The translations under genes and the position numbers were made by a program. Under the pieces are notes generated by a model, which was given only the letters and a program-made list of their open reading frames with translations, searched no databases and was not told the origin of the DNA. 64,000 bases of DNA from Penicillus capitatus (taxonomy: Eukaryota > Plantae > Chlorophyta), in assembly GCA_965649825.1 (NCBI GenBank), contig OZ287696.1, positions 1,460,081 through 1,524,080 of the forward strand, given 5' to 3'. This document shows, piece after piece, positions 34,001 through 45,357 of this stretch; positions within the stretch are counted from its first letter, which is position 1, and the number at the start of each line of letters is the position of its first letter.

Positions 34001-35660
34001 CGACGGAATAGAAATCGCGTCCGTCTCCCATTTCACCCTCTTCAGCCAGAATGGCAGTGAGACCAAACGATGTGTATGCAGCGTAGACATCCCGTCCTCG
34101 TGCGGTCATCCAATCGGCGTCTCCGTCAGCTATGGCCCTTGCACAGCTGTATGTCGTATCTTGCTGCAGACAACCCCACTCCATCTCCGGAATCAGCTCA
34201 TTCGCAATAACCGCCATCTAAGAACCACTCTTTACAGAAGATCTCTGCCCCTATTATACAAACCTTTTCGCATAAGCTGAGCTCGTCCTTGGACGTCGCA
34301 CAGTAAATGGCCCTTTTATCATTTCCCTTGGCGTTTATCACAAGATCATCAAAGGCTGTCCAACAAATCCGCATCAGTCGTGATCTCAATGTAGACAACT
34401 GGGCTCACCGCGGAAGACATGTAGTGACTCTTCTGGCAAGTAACCTTCCATGCCATTCTCAACAGCTTGCAATCCTATCGTACCGTCAGACCACAGAAAA
34501 TTCGGTGTCAAGCCGCGCGATTCATCGAGGAAATCCGTGTCGTTGGCAGCTTCCATAATGGCGGCTTGTATAGCAAGTCCTGTCTCTTCATCATCGCCTC
34601 CAACTCCCAAATCTTTGCTCGTGACCAAAGCATGCCCAGGAGCTAAGGCGAGATAGCATTCTTCAAACTCCCCAACTTCCATGCAGCCGCCGCCGGGGCA
34701 GAGCAGTCGGAATTCGTCCATCTCCTTGTCTGACCAAGCGCGATTGACTTCATCCTCCGCCCCGTCGAGTGCATACTCCAGAACAGTCGAGTGCTTGACG
34801 AAGGCAACATCTCCCTGTCCCTCCACCAAGCAACGAAAAGCGCCAGAATAGTCATAATATTGATCATTCGTTGTACAGTCTCCTTTACAGGCAGAACAGA
34901 GTTCATCCTCCCACAGCGCCCCTTTGCCGTCTTCTGTATTGACTGGACCGTTTTGACTCGTTCGTGGAGCGCATGTTTCATCAAAGAAGGCCGCGACAAG
35001 CTCGGCATCGTCCTCGACGTCTGGATCCGATGGTGAAGTATTGAAAGCCTCGACGTTTAGCAGCAGAGTGCCCACAGGAGTTTTCCAACCGGCCTGCCAC
35101 GACAGAGCATTCAGGTGGCGATCGCGCCATGATGGACTGCTTACAGATTTTCGGTATCCTGTATGACACGAACGCATGCCTTCCAAATCGTCCAACGTTG
35201 TCGAGGAATCGCAGAATTCCTAAGACCACTACATCTGTGCCAGAAATGCCGCTGTCTGTTCTTACCCTGTTCACGACAGCCACGGCATAGTAAGTGCCTC
35301 CAGGAACGCTGCCTGCTGATTTTTCCACAATCAGCGGTTGGATCTCGTAATCTCTGTTGGCGCTGATAACATCCGAGCCGTCCAAGGTTGTCAGGTGCGC
35401 GTCGCCACTTTCGAGTTGTTCGACACACTAAGGGTCGCATCTTTGAAAGAGACGGTTTTGGAGAAATTTACTTCTGCGACGCCGCCGCCTTCGACACATT
35501 CGAAAGTCAAGTCATCCGTATTTGCCAATCCCACAGCTTTGGTGCATTTGTCGAGGAACGACCCGCTTTCGCCGTCTTCATAAGGAACGCAGATCTTGAC
35601 AGTTAAGGACGACACGGAGGAAAATCCCAGACACAAAACAAGCACGCTTATCCAGTGCAT
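31042..35660 (-). CDS. Secreted four-lobed transferrin-like protein, multi-exon
   Basis: Signal peptide MHWISVLVLCLGFSSVSS and four transferrin lobes with Y.VAVV, SCHTG/TCHP, GAFRCL and DVAFVKH-type motifs. Confidence 0.88.
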
Positions 35661-35889
35661 CCTGTGAAGTATTAGGGCGGAATGCGTCATACGTGGTGTG
35701 GAACAAGCGAAAAATCTTCAACAAAAAGCAATGTGCGATCTTCGATTTTGCTTTTGACTGTCGGGCACACGCCAAGCGCGTGGTATACACGTTGCATTAA
35801 GCCGAAGCGTGTAACCAATAGTAACGTTCCATTATGAGAAGATAATGAGAACGGTCCCTTGCACTGCCCTTTCTGACTTTAGATTTCTC

Positions 35890-36646
35890 TGACAGACGGG
35901 CGCCGTTCGGGGCCAAGCTCTTACTGAATGAACAACACAGCTGCAACAGTCGCAGCAGTATGGGTATTGTTATGCAAGAGATCATGACGTACGATGACTC
36001 AGACACCATCATCTCGGGAGGATTCCGCAATGCTTCTCAGAATGATGGGCCTCCTACGACGTTAGGAGAAGGCCAAGATCAACAAATATACTTCCAGGCA
36101 AACGTGGTCCGAGACACGACGCACTCTGTCAATGGCGCCCCAGAGGGTGCACGTGACATGTATCTCGTCGATCATAGCACAGACATCGGTTGTTTTTAAT
36201 CGACTGGTCGTATCCATGACCCGTTTCGTAAAACTGAGAGAATCTACTGGATTCCGGGTGCCAAAAGTGTTGGTGCTGCATGGCAAGCTTGGATGCGCTC
36301 TTGGCGATTTGCCTCTTATGATGCTTTCCCTCTGGGCGGGCCTCATTCGGTTAGGGGTGTCAATCTTGGCGAGTTGGGTACCTCTCGCCATTTTCTGGAA
36401 GCAGCCGCGGAGTTGAGATTGCCAACGCCCTTCATTAATCAGCAGATGTATGCCTTTGCAGAAGGTGCATGGGCTCTAAATTCGTCAAAGGATGTCCCTG
36501 GAAATCCGACAGTCTATTACCGAAAGCCAGGTTCTGGAGTAACATATGGAGCAGGACTGAAGGTAGGCCCAGCTAGACTCGAATACTCGAGAGATACGAA
36601 CCTGGGAAAGGGATCGCTCATGATCAACGTCGGTGAAAGATCTTGA
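35890..36646 (+). pseudogene. Toc75-like (Omp85) fragment, 5'-truncated, two frameshifts
   Basis: GIVMQEI..DGPPTTL..FQANVVRD, FNR..VLVLHG..GDLP and SYDAFPLGGPHSVRG..PARLEY..GERS match the Toc75 barrel C-half. Frames change near 36195 and 36313 with no room for introns. Confidence 0.75.
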
Positions 36647-37079
36647 ACTTGCAAAATTGTTTTGCATATACACAGTAATGCACCGCACACCTGGACTCTC
36701 ATTTCGTACGTACGGCGAATCATCTGAACGAATGCGCGCTTTCCTTGTCTTCACAGCGTTTTCACAAACACAGTGAGAGAAATGCAAATCTGTGTGCAGC
36801 ATTTTTACGGCTAAATGATCACTCCGCCTCGACTGTGACCGCCGATTGATCAGTCGATCGTGACGATCGAAATCGAAGCACATTTTTAAACTACACATGT
36901 TCATTGTTGTAACAAAGAATACTAACCAACGCTCTCTTTTCTGATATTCACAAACCTCATAGGGGGATTGACGGGGAACGTCTGACGAAGGGTGACGCGG
37001 TCGCGCAGACACGCGTCGGCGAAAGGGAGAGACAGTGTCGAGCCAATGCAAAAACTGTGTACACGGTGCGTCGAGTCAG

Positions 37080-38075
37080 TTAAATACCCTCGGCGCCGCG
37101 GACCGCTGTCACGACTGGTGTACGACAGCGTGTCTGGTCCGCGAGGCCAAGCCGTTAGCGACCTCCCGTCAGGTTCGGATTTTTTTCTGACCACGGTTTT
37201 TGGTCGGTCCCGGCTTACACCGTATCCTTCTGGTTTGTGGGTTACCCGCAAGCGGAATGCAGTCCTCGACGACGCAGCAGGCTGTCGACGGTCAGAACGA
37301 AGACGTGCGGGGATGTTTGTACGTGCGGTTGAAGATGGCTGACGTCGAAACGGACGAGGCGAGAAAGGTGACGCCGAGTCAGGGTCGCCAACAACTTAGT
37401 GAAGAAAGATCCCCCTGAGGCTAGGATAAGTCCTCTCTCCCGCTGCGGGAGGCAAAAAATGGCAGCCGCCGTAGCGAAACAGTTATCCGAAAAGCGAAAG
37501 TTGACCCAACGATGGAAGCAATTGACCAAGACTAATCACAGAGTTCTAAGTGACCTGGCCGAGTTGTGTTGTTCGTTTTACGCTCAAGATTCGCCGAAGT
37601 TTTGATGTTTTCTAACCGTTGCGCAGCGAAGACCCTTGGATGAAGTTTGCAGCTCAAGGCCTGTCGTGCAGCTTGTCACTTGAAGCAGAATCTATCGCAT
37701 AGTCATAATCGAAGGGGGTTCTTACACGAGTTCCCCGTCCGCTGGATCGAGATCACCCTGAATCCCGAAGGGGCTACTTGCAAGAGCAGCCCGCGCCCCT
37801 ACGTAGAACTCGGTGCTGACGTCCACATAGCGTTACCGCCGTCTAGGGATTTATCTGGGTAGGCCCTAACGGACTGAGCTGCGGAGCACAGCTCCTCCGT
37901 CGTCATGGGAACCGCCCAGACGCTATGATATGGTCAGTTCTTTGCCCGAATGCATTAACCTACGCGGTAGCGCTGCGTAACGCGGCCTGAGAAATCGTAT
38001 GGTACGCAGGTCCCATAGGAGAATCCTGTCACAGGGGACTCGCACCGAGCACAACCGACCAGACATTCCATTCCG
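37080..38075. other. Hairpin-dense GC-rich segment without recognisable protein; candidate structured RNA
   Basis: Many nested complementary pairs seen by eye (see findings). No recognisable ORF product. Confidence 0.4.
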
Positions 38076-38953
38076 TTCAGGACCCTATATTATTCCGTAT
38101 TTGTTACTTGCATTTTCCTCTGTTCACGTGTTGCCAAATTTCGTATACCAGTTGGATCTAAAACAAGAGGTTTTATCCTCCAGATTATGTTTGATTGTGC
38201 GAAAGACCACAGAACAGTCCATCGTATCTCAGTCCTAAATGCCTATGGCGAACGGACTTTAAGCATTCATTTACACACACGACGATGACGACGACCCATT
38301 GACCCACTGATCGACGACCGACCGACCCCATATATATGTTCATCAGCGTCGCCGTCGTTGTTTGGCGTATACACAGACACCGTTGACAACTACTTCTCGC
38401 CTGATGATCTGCGTTCGGCGTGGCAATATTTACAACAGCGATTGCAAGATGCCAGTGTACTTCGAGACTCTCATGGAGTCGTCTTGGATGGATCAAACTC
38501 ATGATAATGAAGGATCAATGAGCAAAGCATCTCACTTTGCCATAGCGGTTATACATCGCACACTACTGTATTACTCATACACAAAGAAGCTGTATCATTC
38601 AAATTGCGCCTCCGGCATTGACTCCATAAAATGACCACCTCACAGAACATCATTGTAATAAATGCTTGTCGCAGAAAATACCTGTCAGCCGCAGAGGGAC
38701 AGATGCATCCTGCAAAAAATCCTCATTGCGGAATGATTCGATGATGGATAGGCAGACAAACAAACAAGCAAACGAACAAACAAACAAACACATTATGAAA
38801 GAGTCGAACGACACCGACCCGTTTGATCTCAAGAGTCAAAGAATAACACTAACCATTGGCGTCAAACACTTTCGAAACGATCGATGTGAAAAGGCTAACA
38901 AAGAGAGATGGATGCGTCTGATGTCCTGCTATAGCTGCGGATTCTAAACTTGA

Positions 38954-40376
38954 TTAGAGATTTGGAACACGTGCCTCGTCAATGATTCTTTCTATCTCCT
39001 TCTTGCTCTGCAGCACAGATCAGAGAGATCATGAGGCAGTCAGTCCCTCGACAACAATAGACGCACTTGAAGCTTCGTTCCCCTACGAAGTCTGAGGCCC
39101 TTGTTCATGTCAAGTGCTCCTGATGGAAGATCCTTCGTGAACCAGGGGTGTTGTGCGACATCTTCAAGTGACATTCTCTGTTTCGGATGGGTCAAAAGAC
39201 CACGAATCAAATCCTTGCAATCGGCACTGATGGGTGTGTCGGCAGGGAAAGTGAATTGGCATTTTGTTGTCCTCGCAAGTACTGTTCTCAAAGGATCTGC
39301 TTCGTGGCGGTCTTCGGGATGACAAAAAGGGTATGACTGAAACAACATGGCATAGAGAAAGATGCCGCACTGCCATGCATCAAGTCCCTAAATGCGGCAC
39401 AGATCTGCAGTAGAGGGGATGTTTGGGTCGATAGAGAGCCGTACTTTAAACGAAGTGCATGTCTGCAAGGTTCTGTTATCAATCAATTCAGGGGCGAGGT
39501 ACGCCGGGCTTCCTTTTGGCTTCAAAAGTGCCTCGGCGTCTTGGTACCCGAGACGCTAACACGCACAGACGCTCCATTAGTTAGGTGCCGTTGGGGAACG
39601 GTTCATCGAACCTTGCTGTAGCGAAAAGCATTGATTTTCATAAGAGGCCACTTACTGTTATCCAACAAGGCATCTTCCAATGTGATTTCCCGGCACACAA
39701 TACCCTTCGTCACAACGACACCTATCAGATTCCCTGATGTGACAGGCATCGTCTTCTTGCTCACCATCTTGTGGCAATGATCAAGTGCTATGATGAGTTG
39801 CTGAAAAATCCACCTGGCTTGGACTTCATTAATCCCGTGATTTCTCACGTATTCGAGGAGATCTCCTCCTGCCGCATATTCCATCACCACGCACAAGTGC
39901 GTCGATGTTAGAAAGATCTGAACGTCCGTCCATCAACAATCGACAGAGAGTGCATTCAGAAAAGAGGATACCTCTTTAAAAGCGACAACGTGCTGATGCA
40001 AGAGTCCCATGTGGTTGAGTATGCCACATTTCATGTCATCGTCTATCTGTAACGCACATCGCCATGTCGGATAGCGCCGAACCGGACGTATTCGATTACA
40101 ATACCTTCGCTCCGCGTTTGATGTACTTAATCGCGACTTTCTCTCCCGTCAAGATATCTTTGCATAATTTGATGCACCCCTTGGAATCGGAGAGCAAAAC
40201 ATGAATCTAAAACATAACCTTCTCAGTCGAGAACACGTCTCGACGCTGCCTGGAAAAGGCGAGCGCGACAAAGCGAAGCGCTCGCGCGGCGGCGCATGTC
40301 GGTTAGTACATAAACAAGGCATCGATACGGTACACGATGCAAGCCCTACTTCTTCATATCTCTCTTCTCCTTTCAT
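38954..40376 (-). CDS. SnRK2-like kinase-fold protein, probable pseudokinase; multi-exon, start uncertain
   Basis: VAIKYIKRG, LCVVMEYAAGGDL, IVCREITLEDALLD, KINAFRYSK, GSPAYLAPE, DAWQCG and C-terminal QSKKEIERIIDEA. Confidence 0.8.
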
Positions 40377-40485
40377 TGCAGACGTCGAGCCTCCGATTTC
40401 CGTTTCTACCGTTGTTGTCGGCAACATCGCCATCTCCGACGCAAAAGAACCACTTGACCGGAGCGTGTGTCGCGACGCGGGCGCA

Positions 40486-41643
40486 ATGCAACACGATGAC
40501 CTGCCGGTTCCCTTAATGTACATTTTCTGCGAGATGGACAGCTACGCGCAGTTTCTGCAGCGTCTCGTTTCGTTCAACGCCGTGCAATGGGTGATGCACC
40601 GTGTCAAGATATCGCCGCTCACCGTCGCGCGTTGCGGCTGGGAAGCTCGTCGATTTAACGTCCTCTTCTGTGAGGTCTGCCAACAGCAATTCCACTTCTA
40701 CCGCAAATCCATTTCAACTGATCCGGATCAACTGCAACTGCGACAGGTCGAAGACTTCTTGCAGCGCCAGCACGACAACCACTGCATCTGGCGCGTCAAC
40801 ATCGATCCCTCGACTTTTGAGCACCTTCAGTTGTTTCAGACTGAAAAGACGTCAAGAGATTTCTTATCCCGATTCGATGCTCTGAATGTGCTCTGGGATC
40901 TCCCGCTGTTGAAGGAGCCGACGTTGGACAATGGACGACAGAATGCACTGGAATCGCTCTTTGAATTCCTGTACAGCCGACATGTGCAGTCCCTTGACGC
41001 GGAACTCTTGACTCAGTTTGACCAAGACTTGAAAAGAAGGGTACGCTGTCAGATGCTCTTGGCTTTGCTGGGGTGGAATCTGAAATGGGTGCCGAAATTT
41101 GTGTACCGTTTGAACACAAACGGCCTGCCACGATTCACGGAGGGACGAGAGAACGATCCGACCACGTCTGGCATTGCCTATGGCCGGCAGTGTTTTCTGA
41201 AATGCCCACTCTGCCAAGGAACAATGGGACTCTGGAGCTGCGATACATTCTCGGACGTAACGCACAGAGACTTTCTGCGACTCCATCAGCGGCATTGCAT
41301 TGCCTCAACTCCATCGCTCGATTTGTCAAGTACTGTTCGGAAAGGCCAGAAGACAAGAGAGGAAAAGGAATCTTCAGCTGTCCGTTTTGCTATCGCCGAC
41401 AAACCTGTCTTTGGGATGAAGCGTTTTGCCAGAGTAGCGTCCTCGACGATGAATGATCTCGAGGAAAGTCGCCAAAAGAAGCGGTTCAAAGCAGAAGATA
41501 ACGAGGCGCGGGAGTCAGACGCGTTTTCCATGTGCTATTCTGTGACGACTGGGAAACAGGTCGATCCTGTCAAAGGGCATCGATACTTCTGTCCATACAG
41601 ATTCGAATGGCAATCTCTATTGAAGACATTTACGGGATCTTGA
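40486..41643 (+). CDS. C3HC zinc-finger protein (NIPA/ZC3HC1-like); start approximate
   Basis: LQRLVSF...ARCGW, CEVC...HDNHCIW, second module CPLC...HRYFCPY. Confidence 0.75.
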   Translation: MQHDDLPVPLMYIFCEMDSYAQFLQRLVSFNAVQWVMHRVKISPLTVARCGWEARRFNVLFCEVCQQQFHFYRKSISTDPDQLQLRQVEDFLQRQHDNHCIWRVNIDPSTFEHLQLFQTEKTSRDFLSRFDALNVLWDLPLLKEPTLDNGRQNALESLFEFLYSRHVQSLDAELLTQFDQDLKRRVRCQMLLALLGWNLKWVPKFVYRLNTNGLPRFTEGRENDPTTSGIAYGRQCFLKCPLCQGTMGLWSCDTFSDVTHRDFLRLHQRHCIASTPSLDLSSTVRKGQKTREEKESSAVRFAIADKPVFGMKRFARVASSTMNDLEESRQKKRFKAEDNEARESDAFSMCYSVTTGKQVDPVKGHRYFCPYRFEWQSLLKTFTGS

Positions 41644-41647
41644 ACTT

Positions 41648-42640
41648 TCAAAAGACATGTGTTTTCTCAAATCTCGTCAGCGCTTCCCGTAGAATTACTT
41701 TCGTTTCGGCATCGCAGAAACAGTAATCAACTTCCGCCGCCATAAGATCGTAAACGCCTTTCTCACTTAATCCAAGTATCTCGACTGCCAAGAGGACTTC
41801 TCGGCTCAACGTCGTAGAGAACACTCCTGGATCATCGGTACAGATAACCACTGGATGTCCTTCTCGATAGAGACGGATCAGATGGTGTTCTTTGAGATCT
41901 GTGACCGTCTGACTGATCAGATTACTCGTCAGACAGATCTCCACAGGAATTTTGAACGTCTTCATCGATGCATCGACATCCGGTGGTAGGATGCACGCGT
42001 GTCCCAATCGATCTGGACGAAAGTACACCAATCTTCGCGCCTCTGCTGGATCCACCACTTCGCCAGCATGAAAGGTGAGCTTCAGTCCAGCACTCCGAGC
42101 GATGGATAGAGATTCCTTCCAGTCCTCGAACTGTCCCAGCAAGGGATCGCCTGAGAGGTCGATCCCTACGATCCCTTGTGACTGAAGACGACATGCCAAT
42201 TGGACCGTTTCCATTGCTTCTTTACCGGATTCGCGTCGATCGATCGATAAAAGCAGTCGGACGATGATCGTTGCATCGGGATGCTGTCGATAGAAGGCAT
42301 GACGTCCTGCTAGAACGGCCTCCATGTAGGTCTCTTTTGTGACGCCCGTTTCTGCTCGTATCTTTGGAGTTGTCCTGAGTTCCACGTAGATCACGTTCTC
42401 TTTTGCGAAATCTTCAATTGCCTCACGAGTGATCCGTTCCACATGCCGCAGATGCGTCGTCACGGCATGGATTTGAGCGAAACGCGCGAACCACTGATCA
42501 AGATTACGAGGGGATGGGTCGCTGAGATCGGCCTTCTCTTGGCAGAGTTCACGAAGCGTCGATTCGCGAACGCAGCCGTTGATATGCGCATGTAGTTCGA
42601 TTTTTGGCAGTTGGTGGACGAAGGCTTCTATTGATGTCAT
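41648..42640 (-). CDS. ADAL: Adenosine deaminase-like protein (ADAL/MAPDA family), single exon
   Basis: LPKIELHAHING, YVELRTTP, GIDLSG, FHAGE, RLGHA, VEICLTSN, ICTDDPGVF. Confidence 0.9.
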   Translation of the reverse strand: MTSIEAFVHQLPKIELHAHINGCVRESTLRELCQEKADLSDPSPRNLDQWFARFAQIHAVTTHLRHVERITREAIEDFAKENVIYVELRTTPKIRAETGVTKETYMEAVLAGRHAFYRQHPDATIIVRLLLSIDRRESGKEAMETVQLACRLQSQGIVGIDLSGDPLLGQFEDWKESLSIARSAGLKLTFHAGEVVDPAEARRLVYFRPDRLGHACILPPDVDASMKTFKIPVEICLTSNLISQTVTDLKEHHLIRLYREGHPVVICTDDPGVFSTTLSREVLLAVEILGLSEKGVYDLMAAEVDYCFCDAETKVILREALTRFEKTHVF

Positions 42641-43986
42641 GTCGATGATGAGCACGGCGTTATTCCAGCCCACACGACACCCTCGTTGGTGGCAGAGATC
42701 CGCCCCACGCACCCGACGATTGCGTATCGTCATCGGAAAAGCGTCAGACAGTGAACCCGAACGGAGAAAGCGTGACACGAACAAGAAACGACAACGCTAT
42801 CCCGGGCCAAACTTGAGCTTTTTCAACCCGTTCCTCGCATGGCAGAAACCCACACTGGAGGAAATGATCCCGGAAGAGGATCACGGATGGGGAAAGGAGA
42901 CAATCGAACCAGACTGGACAGATGCCGATGACGAGGAGGACGATGAGGATGACGAGATCGATCCTCGTCCACGACAGTGAGATCGGCACATCTTCTGCAC
43001 GAACGTGTTACTGGATGGGTGTCAGAGGACCGAACAACACGCCCAGGGATACGTGGTTGAATCCTGTGACAGGATTCAGCGGAATCTTCGATCGCGTGCG
43101 ATTCGATGATGCGACAGTGGAGGAGAGGATCTCCGCAGAAGCCAGAGCAAATCAGAGAGAATCCGGTCAGGCTGTTCGGGCTGTAGGTAACTCTTGTTTT
43201 TGTCAATCCTCGCGCCTCGTATGTGTTGTTTAGGAATCATGATCGTCGTCCCGTTGCTCGTCGGCTATCTTGTCAGTCGCGGTGTGGCGAGTCCAGTCTT
43301 TCACATCGTGGAATCTTACAATGCCGAAGCCTTTGCCCCGACGCCCAAGCAGAAAGTTGAAGGGGCACATCGCCTGCAAGTCGAGGAAATGCGTTTGCGT
43401 CTAGAAGAGACCGTCGGCCACATTCTGCCCATCTCTGAGATCGATCTCTTCGTGCATTTGTCCTGGGAGGCTGGAGAACTCGCGAAGGAGATGCAAGAAA
43501 AGAACAAACAGGCGTTGGTGAACGCCGTTTCCGATTCCGTCTCGGGAGTCGTGTTTTTCATTCTCCTGGCTTATATGGAGAAAGGACGACGCGTGATCTT
43601 TGACACGACGAATCGTATCCTCAGCGGATTCAGCGAAACTGCCAAGGTGAATGCAGGAAGACGTCAAACTGCTATGTGCTTACAGGAAACTGCCGTAGGC
43701 GTTCCTGATCATTCTGATTGCCGATATCCTTTTGGGATACCATTCGGAGGAGGGATGGGTGGCGCTTATTAACACTGTATCGACACACTATGGCGTTGAG
43801 CCCGACGTAACGCCTCCATGCAGATCTCCTTCTTTGATTCTGTTTGTGTAGGAGACAAAATCTACGTTGTTTGTTTCAATCGTGCCCGTTTTCCTGGACG
43901 CTTGTTTCAAGGTATGGGTCTTCAGGGGACTCAATCGCAAATCCCCTTCGACAGCTGTCGCGCTGCGTACCATGAATCGTCACTGA
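42639..43986 (+). CDS. Nuclear-encoded CemA/Ycf10-like plastid envelope protein, multi-exon
   Basis: Transit-peptide-like N-terminus, TM segments, [25 protein letters not shown] and [19 protein letters not shown] motifs of the CemA family. Confidence 0.8.
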
Positions 43987-44179
43987 CACGACAAGAGTAC
44001 AAAGCAGCAGACATGTGAACAGATTCGCCGCGATTCTCTTGGTTGGAGGTCGATGTCATTTTGGGGCTTCGAACACACAAACAATGATGTCATGTGTGTG
44101 TCATTGGTATTTAACGCACGTGCGAAAAAACGAACGCATTTGTTGAAAACACGTTTGTTATATTGTTCCTGTATTCACA

Positions 44180-45057
44180 ATGGCGAATTCCGAGTCTGCC
44201 GATTTGATGTCGATTGGTCATCACTGTGCCGTGCCAGGCTGCGGCCAAATCGATTTCTTGCCGTTTCGTTGCGACTGTTGTCACAAAACCTTCTGCCTTG
44301 AGCATCGCACGTACGAAGCGCACAACTGCCAAAATGCCAGCTCCAAGCAAACGGAGATCGTTGTCTGTCCTCTCTGTGCTCTGGCCATCAAGCTTCGCCA
44401 AGGGGAAAATGCCAACCACGCGTTTGAGAGGCATCAGCGAGAGGGATGTGACACACAGAACTATGCCCGTGTGCACAAGAAACGGACCTGTCCTGTGGAC
44501 AAGTGTCGGGAAAAGTTGACGACGCTTAACAGCTATACGTGCAAAGAATGTGGCACTGAGATCTGTCTAAAGCATCGACTTCCATCCGATCACAAATGCA
44601 AAGAGATTCAAGGTATCGCCGGATCTGCCGGATCGATGCGTCGTTCATTGTGGATGATGCTGTTTAGCTGCAAAAAGGATGGAGAGGCAACAGCAATGGA
44701 GTATGTTTTCGACCAAATCTCCTGCCACAAATAGGACAGCACAGACAGGCGTTTCTTCATCGAAGCAACATAAAGTGTGATGCTGTGCTGAGGCAACATG
44801 CTAAAAGAGTGAGATCTGTGCAGGATACAGGGATGGAACGGAGAGAAGTGTATCAACAACGGGGTGCCCACTTTCCAAATGTTCGCCAATTACTTCAGCA
44901 GACTGAGAGATATCATCCTCGAGAGGGTAGCAGCAGTGGCAGTGCTATGGAGCGGTGTCCCTATTGCAGCCGGCAGTTTGCCGATGCTGTTCAACTTGTG
45001 GAGCACGTCGAGAGTCGATCGTGTCGAGAATCCAAGCGAACATGTGCCATATCTTAA
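44180..45057 (+). CDS. AN1-type zinc-finger protein (ZFAND2/AIRAP-like) with C2H2 finger and CaaX-like end
   Basis: IGHHC..GCGQIDFLPFRCDCCHKTFCLEHRTYEAHNC, a second AN1 finger, CPYCSRQF..LVEHVE, and terminal CAIS. Confidence 0.85.
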
Positions 45058-45357
45058 GATGCACCTACTTCGTGCATTTACAAGAAGGAATGTGCTAGTC
45101 ATATCATAATGCCGTTCAGGAATAGCAGCTCATATAAACAACCTGTAACGGACTTCTTGATCCTTCTGTCGACCTTTTGCACAAGCAACTCTGGGATGGT
45201 ATGGGAAACGCCTGCGTCTCTCAATTGGATCGTTTTCTGAATGCCTAAAGTCTGACGACTGTAGCTTGATACGTGAGAGGTTTATGTTCAAAAAGAGGGA
45301 AGAGGATGGATAATGATAGAAGGGCCAAAAAAGCTAATGGATAGATAGTGAAGCAGA

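Noticed and set aside
37700-37800. Resemblance to RNase MRP/P, SRP helix 8 or group I/II intron motifs
   Set aside because: GAGTTCCCCG and GAAGGGGCTAC lack the exact consensus and spacing of MRP CR-I/CR-V; the SRP CAGG strand and group II domain V are absent.
36905-38112. Possible solo LTR or MITE bounded by imperfect inverted ends (TGTTGTAACAAA / TTTGTTACTTGCA)
   Set aside because: Only about 8 bp of inverted match and no target-site duplication in the flanks.
38756-38792. Imperfect (AAAC)n microsatellite
   Set aside because: Ordinary simple repeat.
40201-40485. N-terminal 95 aa of the 480 aa NIPA-like ORF
   Set aside because: Overlaps the first exon and intron of the antisense SnRK2-like gene; probably an untranslated open frame.
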